Shown: positions 41,198-56,225, numbered from the stretch's first letter. The stretch: 64,000 nucleotides of DNA from Nitrosarchaeum sp. (GCA_965223865.1 OZ245020.1:1152001-1216000), one strand, 5' to 3'. Made by a program: numbers and translations. The notes: generated by a model from the sequence alone, not told the origin.

Positions 41198-42025
41198 CTA
41201 ATTTTTCAATTTTACCAATGCTCTGAACTTGTCATTTGTATGTAAATGCGTAAACGCTTTTTCTTCTTTTGCCCACGCTCTAATCACTTTGGGATTTTTA
41301 GAAACTGCTTGCTTTAATAATTCTAAGGATTCTGGATACATGCCTAATGCTGCTTTACTTCTTGATTTTGCATAAATGATGTTAACGTTATTTTTGTAAT
41401 TTGATAATATTTTATCAAAAATCTCGATTGCTTTTTCGTGTTTATTTAATTCTGCCAGCTCGATTCCTTTGTGAAATAATGCATCTATGTGCTTTGGGTT
41501 TTTCTTGTAGACATTTTCAAAACAATTTAGAGACTCTTCGTGTTTTTTCATTTTTCCTAGGACGATGCCTTTGTAAAATAATGCATTATGTTTTCTAGGT
41601 TCTATATTGATGGCCTTGTCAAGATATTCCAATGCTTCTTCGTGCTCTTGAAGTTTGTCTAGCAATACTCCTTTGTTAAAGAATGATGCAGCATACTTTG
41701 GATCTGCTTCTATTGCATTGTCATAGCATTCATTTGCTGCTTGCAGGTTTCCCATTTCAGCCATTGCAATTCCTTTATTATTAAACGCCTGAGCATCTTT
41801 GGGATTTATTCCTAATAATATTTCAAAGCATGTTACTGCGTCACTGTATTTTTTTATCTGATTTAATGCTAGTCCTTTATTGAATAATGCCTGAGTGTTT
41901 TTGGAATCTTGCTTTAGAACTTTGTTAAATAATGATATTGCCCTTTTTGGTTGGTTTTTTTCCATTAATGATACTGCTTGATATATTAAATCATCTGGAT
42001 TTTCTTTTGACCCAAAAAGTCCCAT
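41198..42025 (-). CDS. tetratricopeptide-repeat protein
   Basis: Repeated AL.NKG..L......EA...F TPR units. Confidence 0.9.
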   Translation of the reverse strand: MGLFGSKENPDDLIYQAVSLMEKNQPKRAISLFNKVLKQDSKNTQALFNKGLALNQIKKYSDAVTCFEILLGINPKDAQAFNNKGIAMAEMGNLQAANECYDNAIEADPKYAASFFNKGVLLDKLQEHEEALEYLDKAINIEPRKHNALFYKGIVLGKMKKHEESLNCFENVYKKNPKHIDALFHKGIELAELNKHEKAIEIFDKILSNYKNNVNIIYAKSRSKAALGMYPESLELLKQAVSKNPKVIRAWAKEEKAFTHLHTNDKFRALVKLKN

Positions 42026-42183
42026 AAAATTAAGAAAATTACATTGGTAATGAAAGTTTAGATTAACTTTTTAAAAAAATCCTACTTTTGCTTGCATGGA
42101 TCTCTGGCGGCTATGTTTTTCCTCTTCTTTTGTCTTTGATTGTAAATCTTTCTTTTCTTGCATGAATAAAATTATTCTTTAAT

Positions 42184-43476
42184 TTATAAAAAATTTTCAG
42201 ATGCTTCTATCATCTTTTTAATGTCTTCTTTTGAGTGAGCATATGATATGGCACCTAGTTTTCCAGGTAGAAAGAAAATTTCGTTTTCGGTTATCATTTT
42301 AAAATGATATTTTTCTAGTATTTTTATGTCGCATCTTGCAGCATCAGAGGAATTTTTTATTTGAGTAATTCCATCTTTTAGAAAATGAGTCATAAATAAT
42401 GATCCTCTGCCTGTTACTGCTACTTTTCCATCAAATATTTTTGTTAATCCTTTTCTGGCAAATTCTCCTAACAAGTTAATTTTTGAATAAATTGATTTTG
42501 ATTTTAATTCTGAGAGTGTTACAAAACCAGCAGTCATTGATATGGGATTTGCAGAAAATGTTCCTCCTCCAACATAAGACCTTTCTGATTTTTTCTTATC
42601 TGTAGTATCTGCAAGTTTCATAATTTCATTTTTACCACACATTACACCTATTGCCATTCCTCCTCCGACTATCTTTCCTAGGGTTACAATATCTGGATCC
42701 AATTTCATGGTTGGATATAAACATCCGAATCTAAATCTAAACCCTGTAACAATTTCATCTAAAATAAACAATGAGTTATTTTTTTTGCAAAATTCTTGTA
42801 ATCCTCTAAGATATTCTTTTTCAGCGGGAATACATCCTCCCCCACCTAAAACTGGTTCAATGATTACTCCTGCCAAATTTTTGGAATAATTTTTTAAAAT
42901 CTTGAGGGATTGTTGTAAGTCATTGTATGGAATTGAAATAATTTGTTCTTCATTTATAATTCCACTACTTTCTGATTCGAAAAATGGCCAGTTTACACTT
43001 TTTAACAAATCTGAAGTATATCCATGCCACCCCCCATCAATCTTTGCAATAATTTTTTTCCCAGTTACAGATCGTGCAAGTCTTACTGCATACATTGTAG
43101 CTTCAGTACCTGATGTTACATATCGAATTTTTTCAGCTACCGGAACTGCCTTTGAAATAATATCTGAAAGTCTGATTGTTTGCTCATTTACTGTTCCATA
43201 CATCCAGCTTTTCTCTATTTGCTTTTTTAGAGAATCTTTTACTCTTTTTGGACCATGTCCTAAAATAAGACTCCAATGCCCCATCCAATAATCTGTATAC
43301 TTGTTATCATCAACATCTATCAGATTTTTTCCAGCTGATTTTTTTACAACAAATGGATATGGTTCATAAAATCTTATGTTGTGAGAAACACCATTTACAT
43401 GAAGACTTGTAGACTTTTTAAAAAGTTGAAATGAATTTTTCGTTTTCTTTTTGTATGCTTTAATATGATCTCTCAA
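42184..43476 (-). CDS. class-III aminotransferase, glutamate-1-semialdehyde 2,1-aminomutase-like
   Basis: [37 protein letters not shown]. Confidence 0.88.
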   Translation of the reverse strand: MRDHIKAYKKKTKNSFQLFKKSTSLHVNGVSHNIRFYEPYPFVVKKSAGKNLIDVDDNKYTDYWMGHWSLILGHGPKRVKDSLKKQIEKSWMYGTVNEQTIRLSDIISKAVPVAEKIRYVTSGTEATMYAVRLARSVTGKKIIAKIDGGWHGYTSDLLKSVNWPFFESESSGIINEEQIISIPYNDLQQSLKILKNYSKNLAGVIIEPVLGGGGCIPAEKEYLRGLQEFCKKNNSLFILDEIVTGFRFRFGCLYPTMKLDPDIVTLGKIVGGGMAIGVMCGKNEIMKLADTTDKKKSERSYVGGGTFSANPISMTAGFVTLSELKSKSIYSKINLLGEFARKGLTKIFDGKVAVTGRGSLFMTHFLKDGITQIKNSSDAARCDIKILEKYHFKMITENEIFFLPGKLGAISYAHSKEDIKKMIEASENFL

Positions 43477-43612
43477 AATAATACCTATAATTAAAAAATC
43501 GGCAATTTTAATTATCTACAACTTGTAAATGGTCTCTTCTTCAGGCATTTTTTCTACTTTTTTTGAAATTTTTGTCAAAAAAGACTGAGATCAGACATTA
43601 TTTTAGGCATGG

Positions 43613-43620
43613 TTTATATG
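43613..43620 (+). promoter_or_regulatory. candidate TATA box of the rRNA operon
   Basis: TTTATATG ~25 nt before the shift from AT-rich DNA to a structured leader. Confidence 0.4.
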
Positions 43621-43830
43621 GATTTGTTATTCTTAAGTTTCTGCATACGTAACGCAATAAGGCGGCGCTTGTGATGAAGTATGGTATTGCACCATTTTGT
43701 GATTCATGGGCCTCCAGTTACGCATACAAAATGAGGATCTGATCAAGTGATCATATCTGAAATGTGAAGATTATGTGCATCCGTCAATTCCAATAATAAG
43801 TACAAATGTACTTCAATAATCAAAAATCAG

Positions 43831-45301
<1,471 letters not shown>

Positions 45302-45443
45302 TAGATAAGGAAATGTGTCGGATGCACAAATCTTCACATAAATCATCGATGCAATGCATCACGAAAGTGATGTATGAAGGATGTAGCTGGTTTCTCCTTC
45401 CCTGGAGGACTTGCGATGATCATCGTGCATAGTCGTGTAATAT

Positions 45444-48447
<3,004 letters not shown>

Positions 48448-48782
48448 TTACATAGAGACTATGCGCGATGAATCATTTTATTCATCAAGTGGAACATATA
48501 CACGACTATTGATGATTTTATCTTTAATCAAACTAGCGGATGCTGTAGAGCTAAAAACAAGATTGTGATTTGAAATTTTTCAGGCACAAGTTAGGCGTAA
48601 AAAAGGGCAGGTTTAACGTCGTTTTTGAACTAAAAAGGTCTTTTTTTGAGTTCAAATTTGAGTGGAAGTACAATATGCATGGGGATATAGTCAGCAGCAA
48701 AGATTTTGCACCATCAAATTTTGGCTAATAAATGCAAATATGTATGAAACAGATTTTTATGAGAACTTAGAAAGTGCGTATT

Positions 48783-49184
48783 ATGGGTACGTTGGAACCT
48801 GGAGTTCTAAAATTATTAGAAGGGAAAAATTTTGCATCATTTGTTACTTTGTTAGGAGATGGCTCCCCTCATGTGGCACCCACTTGGATTGATCATGAAG
48901 AAGATACCATATTGATAAACACTGCCGTAGGAAGATTAAAAGAAAAAAATGTAAGAAAAGATCCACGAGTTGCTCTTTCAATTTATGATAATGAAAATCC
49001 ATATCATATGGTAGCAATTCGAGGAAAAGTAATAGATCTAACAACGAATGAGGCAGAAGACCATATCGATAAATTGGCAAAACGTTATCTTGGAATGGAT
49101 AAATATCCTAGACGCTCTCCTGATGAAAAGAGAATTTTAATTAAAATTAAAGCAGACAAAATTCATCATCAAGATTATTCATAA
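48783..49184 (+). CDS. PPOX-class putative F420-dependent oxidoreductase
   Basis: DGSPHVAPTW, K.KNVRKDPRVALSI, LAKRY. Confidence 0.88.
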   Translation: MGTLEPGVLKLLEGKNFASFVTLLGDGSPHVAPTWIDHEEDTILINTAVGRLKEKNVRKDPRVALSIYDNENPYHMVAIRGKVIDLTTNEAEDHIDKLAKRYLGMDKYPRRSPDEKRILIKIKADKIHHQDYS

Positions 49185-49357
49185 AGTTTGCAATACGTCA
49201 TCATAATATGTCCTTAGAACAATAAGTAGTAGAATTTTATTAGAAGTTTAGATTTTACACTAGATTTTGAGAATAATAACTGATTATTGATGAAAAATTG
49301 TTTTTCTTAAATGAACGATCTTTTTATTTATCTCTCTGAAATTATTATTTTTGTCCA

Positions 49358-50368
49358 ATGGTTTTATGTGCTAGATGTGATAAAAAACTGGGCCTAAGAA
49401 AAATAGAGCCTAAACTGGACTGGCAAATAAAAGGAAAAATCTGTGTAGAATGCAACAAGCACATTTGTGAAAATACATCCTATTACGAGGCAGAATACAA
49501 AGAGAATGAGCCTGATTTTCCCAAACAAAAAGGGATGTTGTCAATACAAAACTTTGATGACAATAGAAGGATATTATTTATTGTAAAAGACGAGATTCAG
49601 TTCGAAATTCTATTACCTTCAATTCAAAAATTTGAGAGTATTGATTACACCGAAAAATCAACAAAAAAGAAAGTTACAACTTTGGGATTAAAAGACAAAT
49701 CAACATCAAAACATTTGCAAATTACATTTGTTGGAGATAATGGAATCTATTCACCAATATTTCAGATAAAAGATTTTGAATCTGTAGCAAATTCCCTTAA
49801 TCTCTACATACAGAAATACTATGAAGAATCAGAAAACATAACACCCCCGCAATTAATGATAGATGCCATAAAAAATGCAAGGGGAATGCAGTTTGAAGAT
49901 TTCGGAATTTCTGAAAAATTAACTGACAATAATAATGGGATAAAAAAAATCAAAAAATATCTGGACCGAGATGAAAGAATTCTTTATGTCACAAAACAAG
50001 ACAAAGAAAAACAGGCACGTTCTACAACTAATGTAAACATAATTTTTGCAACAGATAAAAGAATTATAGTTAGAAATGTCACAGCACTTGGAATGAAAAA
50101 TCTCATTAAGGATATGTCCTATGACAATATTGGTTCATTAAAACTTCAAGAAGGTCCTTTATCATCAGCCATAATTTTTAACGGTGCTGGCTTTGCCGAA
50201 GTAAACACAATCAGTCAAGCATCCCTACAAAGAGCATGGGGAATTGAAGAAGAAACTACCATAGATTCAATACCAAAAAAAGATGCCAAAGAATTTGTAA
50301 ACATTCTAAGAGAGCAAATCGAAAAAAACGGAGTAAAAAACTTAGAGTTTACCCACTCAACAAACTAG
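49358..50368 (+). CDS. protein with N-terminal Cys4 module and PH-like domains
   Basis: CARC...PKLDWQIKGKICVEC; 'ERIL...IFATDKRII' bacterial-PH-type motif. Confidence 0.7.
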   Translation: MVLCARCDKKLGLRKIEPKLDWQIKGKICVECNKHICENTSYYEAEYKENEPDFPKQKGMLSIQNFDDNRRILFIVKDEIQFEILLPSIQKFESIDYTEKSTKKKVTTLGLKDKSTSKHLQITFVGDNGIYSPIFQIKDFESVANSLNLYIQKYYEESENITPPQLMIDAIKNARGMQFEDFGISEKLTDNNNGIKKIKKYLDRDERILYVTKQDKEKQARSTTNVNIIFATDKRIIVRNVTALGMKNLIKDMSYDNIGSLKLQEGPLSSAIIFNGAGFAEVNTISQASLQRAWGIEEETTIDSIPKKDAKEFVNILREQIEKNGVKNLEFTHSTN

Positions 50369-50448
50369 ACTTCATTTGAAAAAACTAATTGGCCCTAAGA
50401 TATAGTAAAAATGTTTAGAACACATTCGCGTGATACAAAAAGCAAAAT

Positions 50449-50799
50449 CTACCAATAAGAACTAGTTCCCATTCCATCATTGTCTACAATTTGCACATCT
50501 AAAGCATCCAATCCAAATACTACATAGATTGCCTTGAGCCTACTCTGGTAAAGAAAGTATTTCTTTCCATCATTAGTAACAATTGATCCTGTAACCTTCA
50601 GAATTTTGTTTTCTTCTAATTCATGAACACGTCTGTATGCAGTAGTCATTGGAATATTGCAATCCTTTACAATATCTACAACTGATTTTGGTTTTTCAAT
50701 GGCATAATTTATGATAGTTCTAGAATATTCATCCGACAAGGCCTTTAGAATCGCCTTTCTATAATTTGAATCTCTTGGAAGAATTTTAAAATCTGCCAT
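50449..50799 (-). CDS. winged-helix (ArsR-like) transcriptional regulator
   Basis: ILKALSD..SR.I, IP.TTAYRRVHEL, DGKK..LY. Confidence 0.85.
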   Translation of the reverse strand: MADFKILPRDSNYRKAILKALSDEYSRTIINYAIEKPKSVVDIVKDCNIPMTTAYRRVHELEENKILKVTGSIVTNDGKKYFLYQSRLKAIYVVFGLDALDVQIVDNDGMGTSSYW

Positions 50800-50880
50800 A
50801 ATCTGCTATGATATCATTTTTCATAGCATATAATCTTGATTTTATAAAAATAAAAAAACAATGGAATTTACATTTCCCTT

Positions 50881-51627
50881 CTATCCAAAACTGGAGTTCC
50901 ATGCATTCATACCACCTTCAAGAACCTGAAAATCAATATTTTCTTGAGCAAGTGCATATGTAGCAATTGTTGCTCTGTTTCCTGAACCACAAATTACTAT
51001 CACAGGTTTGTCAGTTGGAATTACATCCATTCCATTAGGCTCAAATATCTGCGCCAAAGGTATGTTCTCTGCACCCTCTATCTTGGATTGTAATAATTCA
51101 TCAGGCTCCCTTACATCCAACAAATAGATGTCATCATTTGCTTTTATTTTCTGAAATAATTCTTTTGTATTGATAGTAGTTTGTGAGCTAGAAACTAGAT
51201 CTTGATTCCAGTTATTCATTCCACCATCAAGATAACGTGTCTTAATTCCCATATCTGACATTGTTTGGGCTGTTTGTTTTGTTAAAGTACCATCCTGATC
51301 TACCAGAATTATCTCATATGATGAAACTATCTCCGGGAGTCTCTTCTGTATGGTGTTTACCCGTTTTTCCAATACCGCAGAATCAAGGTAATTGTCATGT
51401 GAAGCCCCTGATATATGTCCATTTTGGAATTGAGACTCTGATCTCACATCAACCACTAAAACAGGCTTGTCGTTTTCAAGTTGGATAGTCAATGTCTGAG
51501 AATCGACTGCATATTTGTCCGGTGTATGTTCTGATGGAATATCCTTTTGGCCTAATGTTGTAATGCTGCCAACTACTGCAATTGCAATTACCGCAGTTGT
51601 AATCATCCCAATTGTTTTAGTTTCCAT
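50881..51627 (-). CDS. membrane-anchored tandem rhodanese-domain protein
   Basis: Two DVR...F/L..G.I.GA and L.GGM..W units; active-site CGSGNR only in second domain. Confidence 0.9.
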   Translation of the reverse strand: METKTIGMITTAVIAIAVVGSITTLGQKDIPSEHTPDKYAVDSQTLTIQLENDKPVLVVDVRSESQFQNGHISGASHDNYLDSAVLEKRVNTIQKRLPEIVSSYEIILVDQDGTLTKQTAQTMSDMGIKTRYLDGGMNNWNQDLVSSSQTTINTKELFQKIKANDDIYLLDVREPDELLQSKIEGAENIPLAQIFEPNGMDVIPTDKPVIVICGSGNRATIATYALAQENIDFQVLEGGMNAWNSSFG

Positions 51628-51663
51628 AGCTTCTGAAAACTTTTTTTATTTATATACCAAAAT

Positions 51664-51696
51664 ACATTTTCCAGAAATAGTTTTCATATGTGGAAA
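51664..51696. promoter_or_regulatory. operator-like element, degenerate copy
   Basis: ACATTTTCCAGAAATagTTTTCAtaTgTGGAAA, a near copy of 51756-51788. Confidence 0.55.
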
Positions 51697-51755
51697 TCGT
51701 CTAGGTGGAATCATTTCAGCGATTGCAATCTCTCATCTTTCTTAAAAATCAAATT

Positions 51756-51792
51756 ACATTTTCCAGAAATGATTTTCACTTCTGGAAAATGT
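51756..51792. promoter_or_regulatory. operator-like inverted repeat (13-bp arms, 11-bp spacer)
   Basis: ACATTTTCCAGAA-N11-TTCTGGAAAATGT, perfect arms, 19 bp before the cupredoxin ATG. Confidence 0.65.
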
Positions 51793-51811
51793 CAATTTCC
51801 TTTAATTCAGT

Positions 51812-52840
51812 ATGAGTAGCAATTACATCGTGAATTCTTCGTCTGTTCTATTATTTTTGATACTTTCAGTAAGCCTTTCAGGGATTCTTTTGATAACTCC
51901 TGCTTTTGCTGAAGAAGGTGAACAGACAGTAAGAATTCCAATAGGTGCTGCATCTCCTTCATGTGCTAATGATGACACTTGTTATGTTCCAAGCAAAATA
52001 ACAATCAATGAAGGTCGTGAAGTAGAATGGATTAATGATGATACTACAGCACATACTGTAACTAGTGGAACTCCACAAGAGGGACATGATGGATTGTTTG
52101 ATAGTGGAATAATGATGCCTCGTGGCGAATTTGAGTTTACGTTTAATGAATTTGATGTTGGTACTTATCCATACTATTGTATTGCACATCCTTGGATGGT
52201 TGGAAGTGTAACTGTTGTTGACTATCCTGTTGAAACAATAGATGATGATTACGATGATGTTGCTGAATACAAATCAGACGATTCTATTGATGACGATGAT
52301 GCTTATGAAAGAGATTCATACAGTCAAACCTCAAAAAAATCTCATGTAAAACAAACAACTCTTCTTGATAATCAGAGAATGTTTGGAAAATACAAAGTAA
52401 CAGTTGACTGGATAAGAGATCTTCCAGCAGTAGGTGAGATCAACGGAATTGAGATTCTAGTAAGTGATACTACAAAGAAAGGTAAGCATGGCTGTGGTGG
52501 TGGAGACCACGGTGACAAAAGCAGTCATGGAGGCCATGAAGGAGGATGCCCACACTTTCAGATGGTGAAGAAGATGATTCCTCAAATAGAATTACTTGAA
52601 AATGGAGTAAGCCATGTTGAGAGAAGTATGAAGATCACATTATCTGTTGGAATCAGTGAGTTAACCCTGCCTATAGTGGCAGATGAAAACCTACCAGGAA
52701 GATACACTGCAGTATTTGTTCCTACTGTGGCAGGAAAGTATCAGGTAGAAGTACATGGTACAATTCATGGGTCCCATATAGACATGATGATAGAAATGGA
52801 TAAAGTGTATGATAAAAGCCAAGTCACTAAATTCCCATAA
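51812..52840 (+). CDS. secreted plastocyanin/cupredoxin-domain protein with extra C-terminal domain
   Basis: Signal peptide; W.N.D..AHTVTSG and YYCIAHPWM type-1 Cu ligands. Confidence 0.88.
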   Translation: MSSNYIVNSSSVLLFLILSVSLSGILLITPAFAEEGEQTVRIPIGAASPSCANDDTCYVPSKITINEGREVEWINDDTTAHTVTSGTPQEGHDGLFDSGIMMPRGEFEFTFNEFDVGTYPYYCIAHPWMVGSVTVVDYPVETIDDDYDDVAEYKSDDSIDDDDAYERDSYSQTSKKSHVKQTTLLDNQRMFGKYKVTVDWIRDLPAVGEINGIEILVSDTTKKGKHGCGGGDHGDKSSHGGHEGGCPHFQMVKKMIPQIELLENGVSHVERSMKITLSVGISELTLPIVADENLPGRYTAVFVPTVAGKYQVEVHGTIHGSHIDMMIEMDKVYDKSQVTKFP

Positions 52841-53113
52841 TCGTGAGATTTGATTTTTAACAAATTATTTTTCTCAATGTAAAGCATACGATACTCAACT
52901 AAATCTGCCAGCATTGTTGTCTACGATCAGCTTTTTATCTGTAATTTTTGAAGATACGTGATGCCTGGATCGCTTGGTGCGCTAAAACCTAGATAATTAT
53001 GATATGGTGGAGAAAGAACTCTCCAACCTGTCTACTTTCTGTATTTGTGTTTAAGGATTTTACATAAAATAATTTAAGAAGAGGATGATTATTCATTATT
53101 CTATATAGAAGAT

Positions 53114-53911
53114 ATGGAATCAAAACCAGAAAACCACGAAAGTAAATCCATAAGTATTGTAGACATACTTTTAGGCAAAAGTGAAAACAAGACAGTAGAT
53201 TCTGAAACCCTGATCGAAAATGTTCAAACTCGAATACGCGATTCTCTAAAAGAAGGATACAAGTATTCTCAAATTATAGATGCATCTGAAGACTTTTTGC
53301 GAAATCATCTATATGAGCAAGTTGAGATGGCAGTCATTTACGTTGACCTTGTTGGTTCAACCAAATTAAGCTTGAGATTGCCTCCAGAAAAACTCTCAGT
53401 AGTCATAAGTTCTTTTGTTCAGGAGATGTCTTATGTTATTAGCCAGTGTGGTGGCTTTGTGTTGAAATTCTCTGGCGATGCTGTCATTGGATATTTTGTT
53501 GGAAAGGGAAGCTCTCTACAAGCGGCTGATGATGCAGCAGGGTGTGCAGAATCTATGTTGCGTGTTGTAAAATATGGAATCAACAAAACCCTAAGTGAAG
53601 AAGATTCTGAATTACCTGAGCTAGAGATAAAAATTGGAATTGATTATGGTGCTAATACAGTAGTACAATATGGCTCAGATGAGAAAAGGTCTCTTGTTGA
53701 TCTTCTTGGGGCCTCTATGAATATGGCAGCAAAAGTTCAGTCGTTAGCACAACCAAATCAAATTGTTGTTGGAAAAGACGTTTTTGATAGACTTCACCCT
53801 ACTGTTCAAGAGATGTTTGAACATGTTACAAATGATTTGAAAGATTGGACTTATACTTCAAAGGACTCCGATGAAATTTATGATGTTTTTGCATACAAAA
53901 ATAATAATTGA
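53114..53911 (+). CDS. class III adenylate/guanylate cyclase
   Basis: YVDLVGST, LKFSGDA, IGIDYG, DLLG..MNMAAK. Confidence 0.9.
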   Translation: MESKPENHESKSISIVDILLGKSENKTVDSETLIENVQTRIRDSLKEGYKYSQIIDASEDFLRNHLYEQVEMAVIYVDLVGSTKLSLRLPPEKLSVVISSFVQEMSYVISQCGGFVLKFSGDAVIGYFVGKGSSLQAADDAAGCAESMLRVVKYGINKTLSEEDSELPELEIKIGIDYGANTVVQYGSDEKRSLVDLLGASMNMAAKVQSLAQPNQIVVGKDVFDRLHPTVQEMFEHVTNDLKDWTYTSKDSDEIYDVFAYKNNN

Positions 53912-53997
53912 TTCTTGCAATTATCTTTTGTAAATTTTTAATAAAATAAAATTAATTTAAAACAGTTAATTTTATTATTGTTGATGTTTTTTAAAAA

Positions 53998-54384
53998 ATG
54001 AAATTGGATGAACAAAATCAACATTTAGAAGAAGCTTGCAAGAAAATTCTTGAAACTCCAAAAATTCGATTTGTTGGCGTATTAGATAAAATGGGAAATA
54101 GAATCGCTGGAGACTTTAAAGAAGGAATAACATCTTACTTGGAAGATAAAGAAAATAGAATGATGTACGTTCAGTTAACTTTAGAATACTTGATGAGAAA
54201 GGATTTTGATCAAGGATTAGGCCCAATCGACTACATTGCATCCAGAAGGGGCAAAGTTACTATGATAAGTATCCCGACTAAGGAATACCTCATCTTAATA
54301 TCTGCACAACGAGACGTTAATGTTGAGGATGTAATAAAACAAGTAAATTCCTCATTTACTACACTTCCAGATATTCAACCATAA
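53998..54384 (+). CDS. small thaumarchaeal roadblock/longin-like protein
   Basis: IRFVG..DK.G...G..K.G...RK.FD..LG.I.Y; paralog of 59007 and 63414. Confidence 0.75.
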   Translation: MKLDEQNQHLEEACKKILETPKIRFVGVLDKMGNRIAGDFKEGITSYLEDKENRMMYVQLTLEYLMRKDFDQGLGPIDYIASRRGKVTMISIPTKEYLILISAQRDVNVEDVIKQVNSSFTTLPDIQP

Positions 54385-54435
54385 ATTCAGAAGATAAACC
54401 ACGTGAATTAGTTCTTTCAACTATGTGTGATTCAT

Positions 54436-55209
54436 TTATGAAACGTCATCAGTTATTGACTCTACATTTATCACTGCCTTTAGAATTCCGATGAAATTTC
54501 CATTCTCATCTAAAATTCTAATGGAAATGTCACTTGAATACACTCCTGCGCTTTCATCAAACCCCCCTTCAGATAAAAATAAACCATTTTCTTTTGCTTT
54601 TTGCCACCAAATCTCATCATCTTGTCTGTAATCTGAAGTTTTTTCTGATTGGGCAATATTTGCGCCATAAGCATTAGTAACAAAGATTTCTGCATATTTG
54701 AATTGACTTTCTGATTTTAGATCAATATCCATGATTGAACGTAATACCTCTGCTGCAGGATTATGAATCAAATTGTATGCAACTGAGTTTGGTACATTAG
54801 GATCACTTGATTGCCATCTTTGATCTATCTGTCTTATCACTTCTTCAGGAGAACCTGTTTCAGCAAATGAAGCATTGGACTTTACAAGTGCTTTTTGAAT
54901 TTGAGGGAGATTAACTAATGTTCTGGATTGTTCTATCTTCATGTTAATCTCTCCTTGTAAAATTTGCAGATTGTCTATCAAAACCTGATCATCTGTTGTT
55001 TTAGAAGGCACCTTAATCAATTCATTTTCAACAAAATATTCAATTGCCTTAAGAAACTCTTCATCTGAAATTTGACCATTTACCCAAAAACCAACAGCGG
55101 TTTTTATCCATGTGGGAATTTTTGAATCCTCTTGTGCAGAAACAAATCCAATTCCAGATATTATAATTACAAGAAAAACAAAAATTATTGTTGGTTTTGA
55201 GTTTTTCAA
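54436..55209 (-). CDS. secreted protein: IPxWIK repeat plus Cache/PDC-like sensor domain
   Basis: Signal peptide; IPTWIKTAVGFW; EIFVTN.YG...SDY.Q.DE.WWQ.A...D.NG..IG.L. Confidence 0.75.
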   Translation of the reverse strand: MKNSKPTIIFVFLVIIISGIGFVSAQEDSKIPTWIKTAVGFWVNGQISDEEFLKAIEYFVENELIKVPSKTTDDQVLIDNLQILQGEINMKIEQSRTLVNLPQIQKALVKSNASFAETGSPEEVIRQIDQRWQSSDPNVPNSVAYNLIHNPAAEVLRSIMDIDLKSESQFKYAEIFVTNAYGANIAQSEKTSDYRQDDEIWWQKAKENGLFLSEGGFDESAGVYSSDISIRILDENGNFIGILKAVINVESITDDVS

Positions 55210-55262
55210 CTATAATGAAATTATCCTTGATCTAATTAAACACTTTTCAGTTGTTACTTACA

Positions 55263-55736
55263 TTATGTTTTTTCTATCTGTTTTGCCATAAATTCTTCGG
55301 CTGCCTTGCGCATCTCTTCTGGAGACATGTCTTTTTGATGGGTTGCAATTCCCCATGAATGCCCATATGGGTCAATTAAACTTCCATATCTATCTCCCCA
55401 AAAGGCATCCATCATAGGCATGGTAGGTTTGGCTCCTGCATCTATTGCTTGGTTGTATGTCTTGTCTGCATCTTCTACATAGAGATGAATAGTAGTGGAT
55501 GTACCTCCTATTGATATTGGAGAGCGGGCTCCCATCTGTGGAAATTCATCACTCATCATTACAAACGAATCTCCAATCTGAATCATGGCGTGCATGGTTT
55601 TGCCATCCGGTGTAGGCATCTGATATATTTCTCTCGCATCAAATGCTTTTTTATAAAATTCTATGGCTTCTTTTGAGTTACTTACAACAAGTGATGGAGT
55701 TGTTGTATGAAATCCCTCTGGAATTGGTTTTACCAT
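55263..55736 (-). CDS. VOC/glyoxalase (PhnB-like) protein
   Basis: EAIEFYKKAF, HA.I.IGD, FWGDRYG...DPYGH.W. Confidence 0.92.
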   Translation of the reverse strand: MVKPIPEGFHTTTPSLVVSNSKEAIEFYKKAFDAREIYQMPTPDGKTMHAMIQIGDSFVMMSDEFPQMGARSPISIGGTSTTIHLYVEDADKTYNQAIDAGAKPTMPMMDAFWGDRYGSLIDPYGHSWGIATHQKDMSPEEMRKAAEEFMAKQIEKT

Positions 55737-55885
55737 ACCTGATATTTTTTCAAGTACATTAAAAGAATTGTTATTGATAATTCTAGTTTAAAGATGTTTT
55801 TGTAAAATTTTATCCTTTTTTAAAAGGAAAATTTGTTTGGAATGCTAATCAGAAATAACGTATGATTACCCCGCAAATAATAATG

Positions 55886-56107
55886 TTAGATGGTCTTCCA
55901 TACATCATAAGATTCTAACAGTCCCTTGATTGCATGTTTGTATTGATCTGAGTGAGGATTTTGAATTTGAAGTACTTTTTGTATCTCTCTTTTTCTCAAG
56001 TTTGCCTCGACTTCAGTTCTATGTTGTGTACAGTACAATCCTGATTCTTGGCATGCATGACAACGAAGGTACTTAGAATAGTCCATGTTTGAAAGACCAA
56101 AAAACAT
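55886..56107 (-). CDS. small hypothetical Cys/His protein
   Basis: CHAC...LYC..H motif. Confidence 0.55.
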   Translation of the reverse strand: MFFGLSNMDYSKYLRCHACQESGLYCTQHRTEVEANLRKREIQKVLQIQNPHSDQYKHAIKGLLESYDVWKTI

Positions 56108-56225
56108 AGGTTAAAGACTTATCGTGTAATTCGTTCATCGATCAATCAGGAATATCTTGATACTAATTTTGGAATTTTCTGAATTGATAATTAATACATA
56201 TGCCGTATTTTTACTCAAATTTTTA

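Noticed and set aside
42071-42163. 30-aa minus-strand ORF MQEKKDLQ...KVGFF
   Set aside because: Too short, no motif; cannot be told from chance without conservation data
45302-45443. tRNA in the 16S-23S spacer
   Set aside because: No cloverleaf or T-loop consensus; spacer is largely processing-stem sequence
48662-48892. 76-aa ORF overlapping the PPOX gene start
   Set aside because: Off-frame overlap with a well-supported gene, no motif
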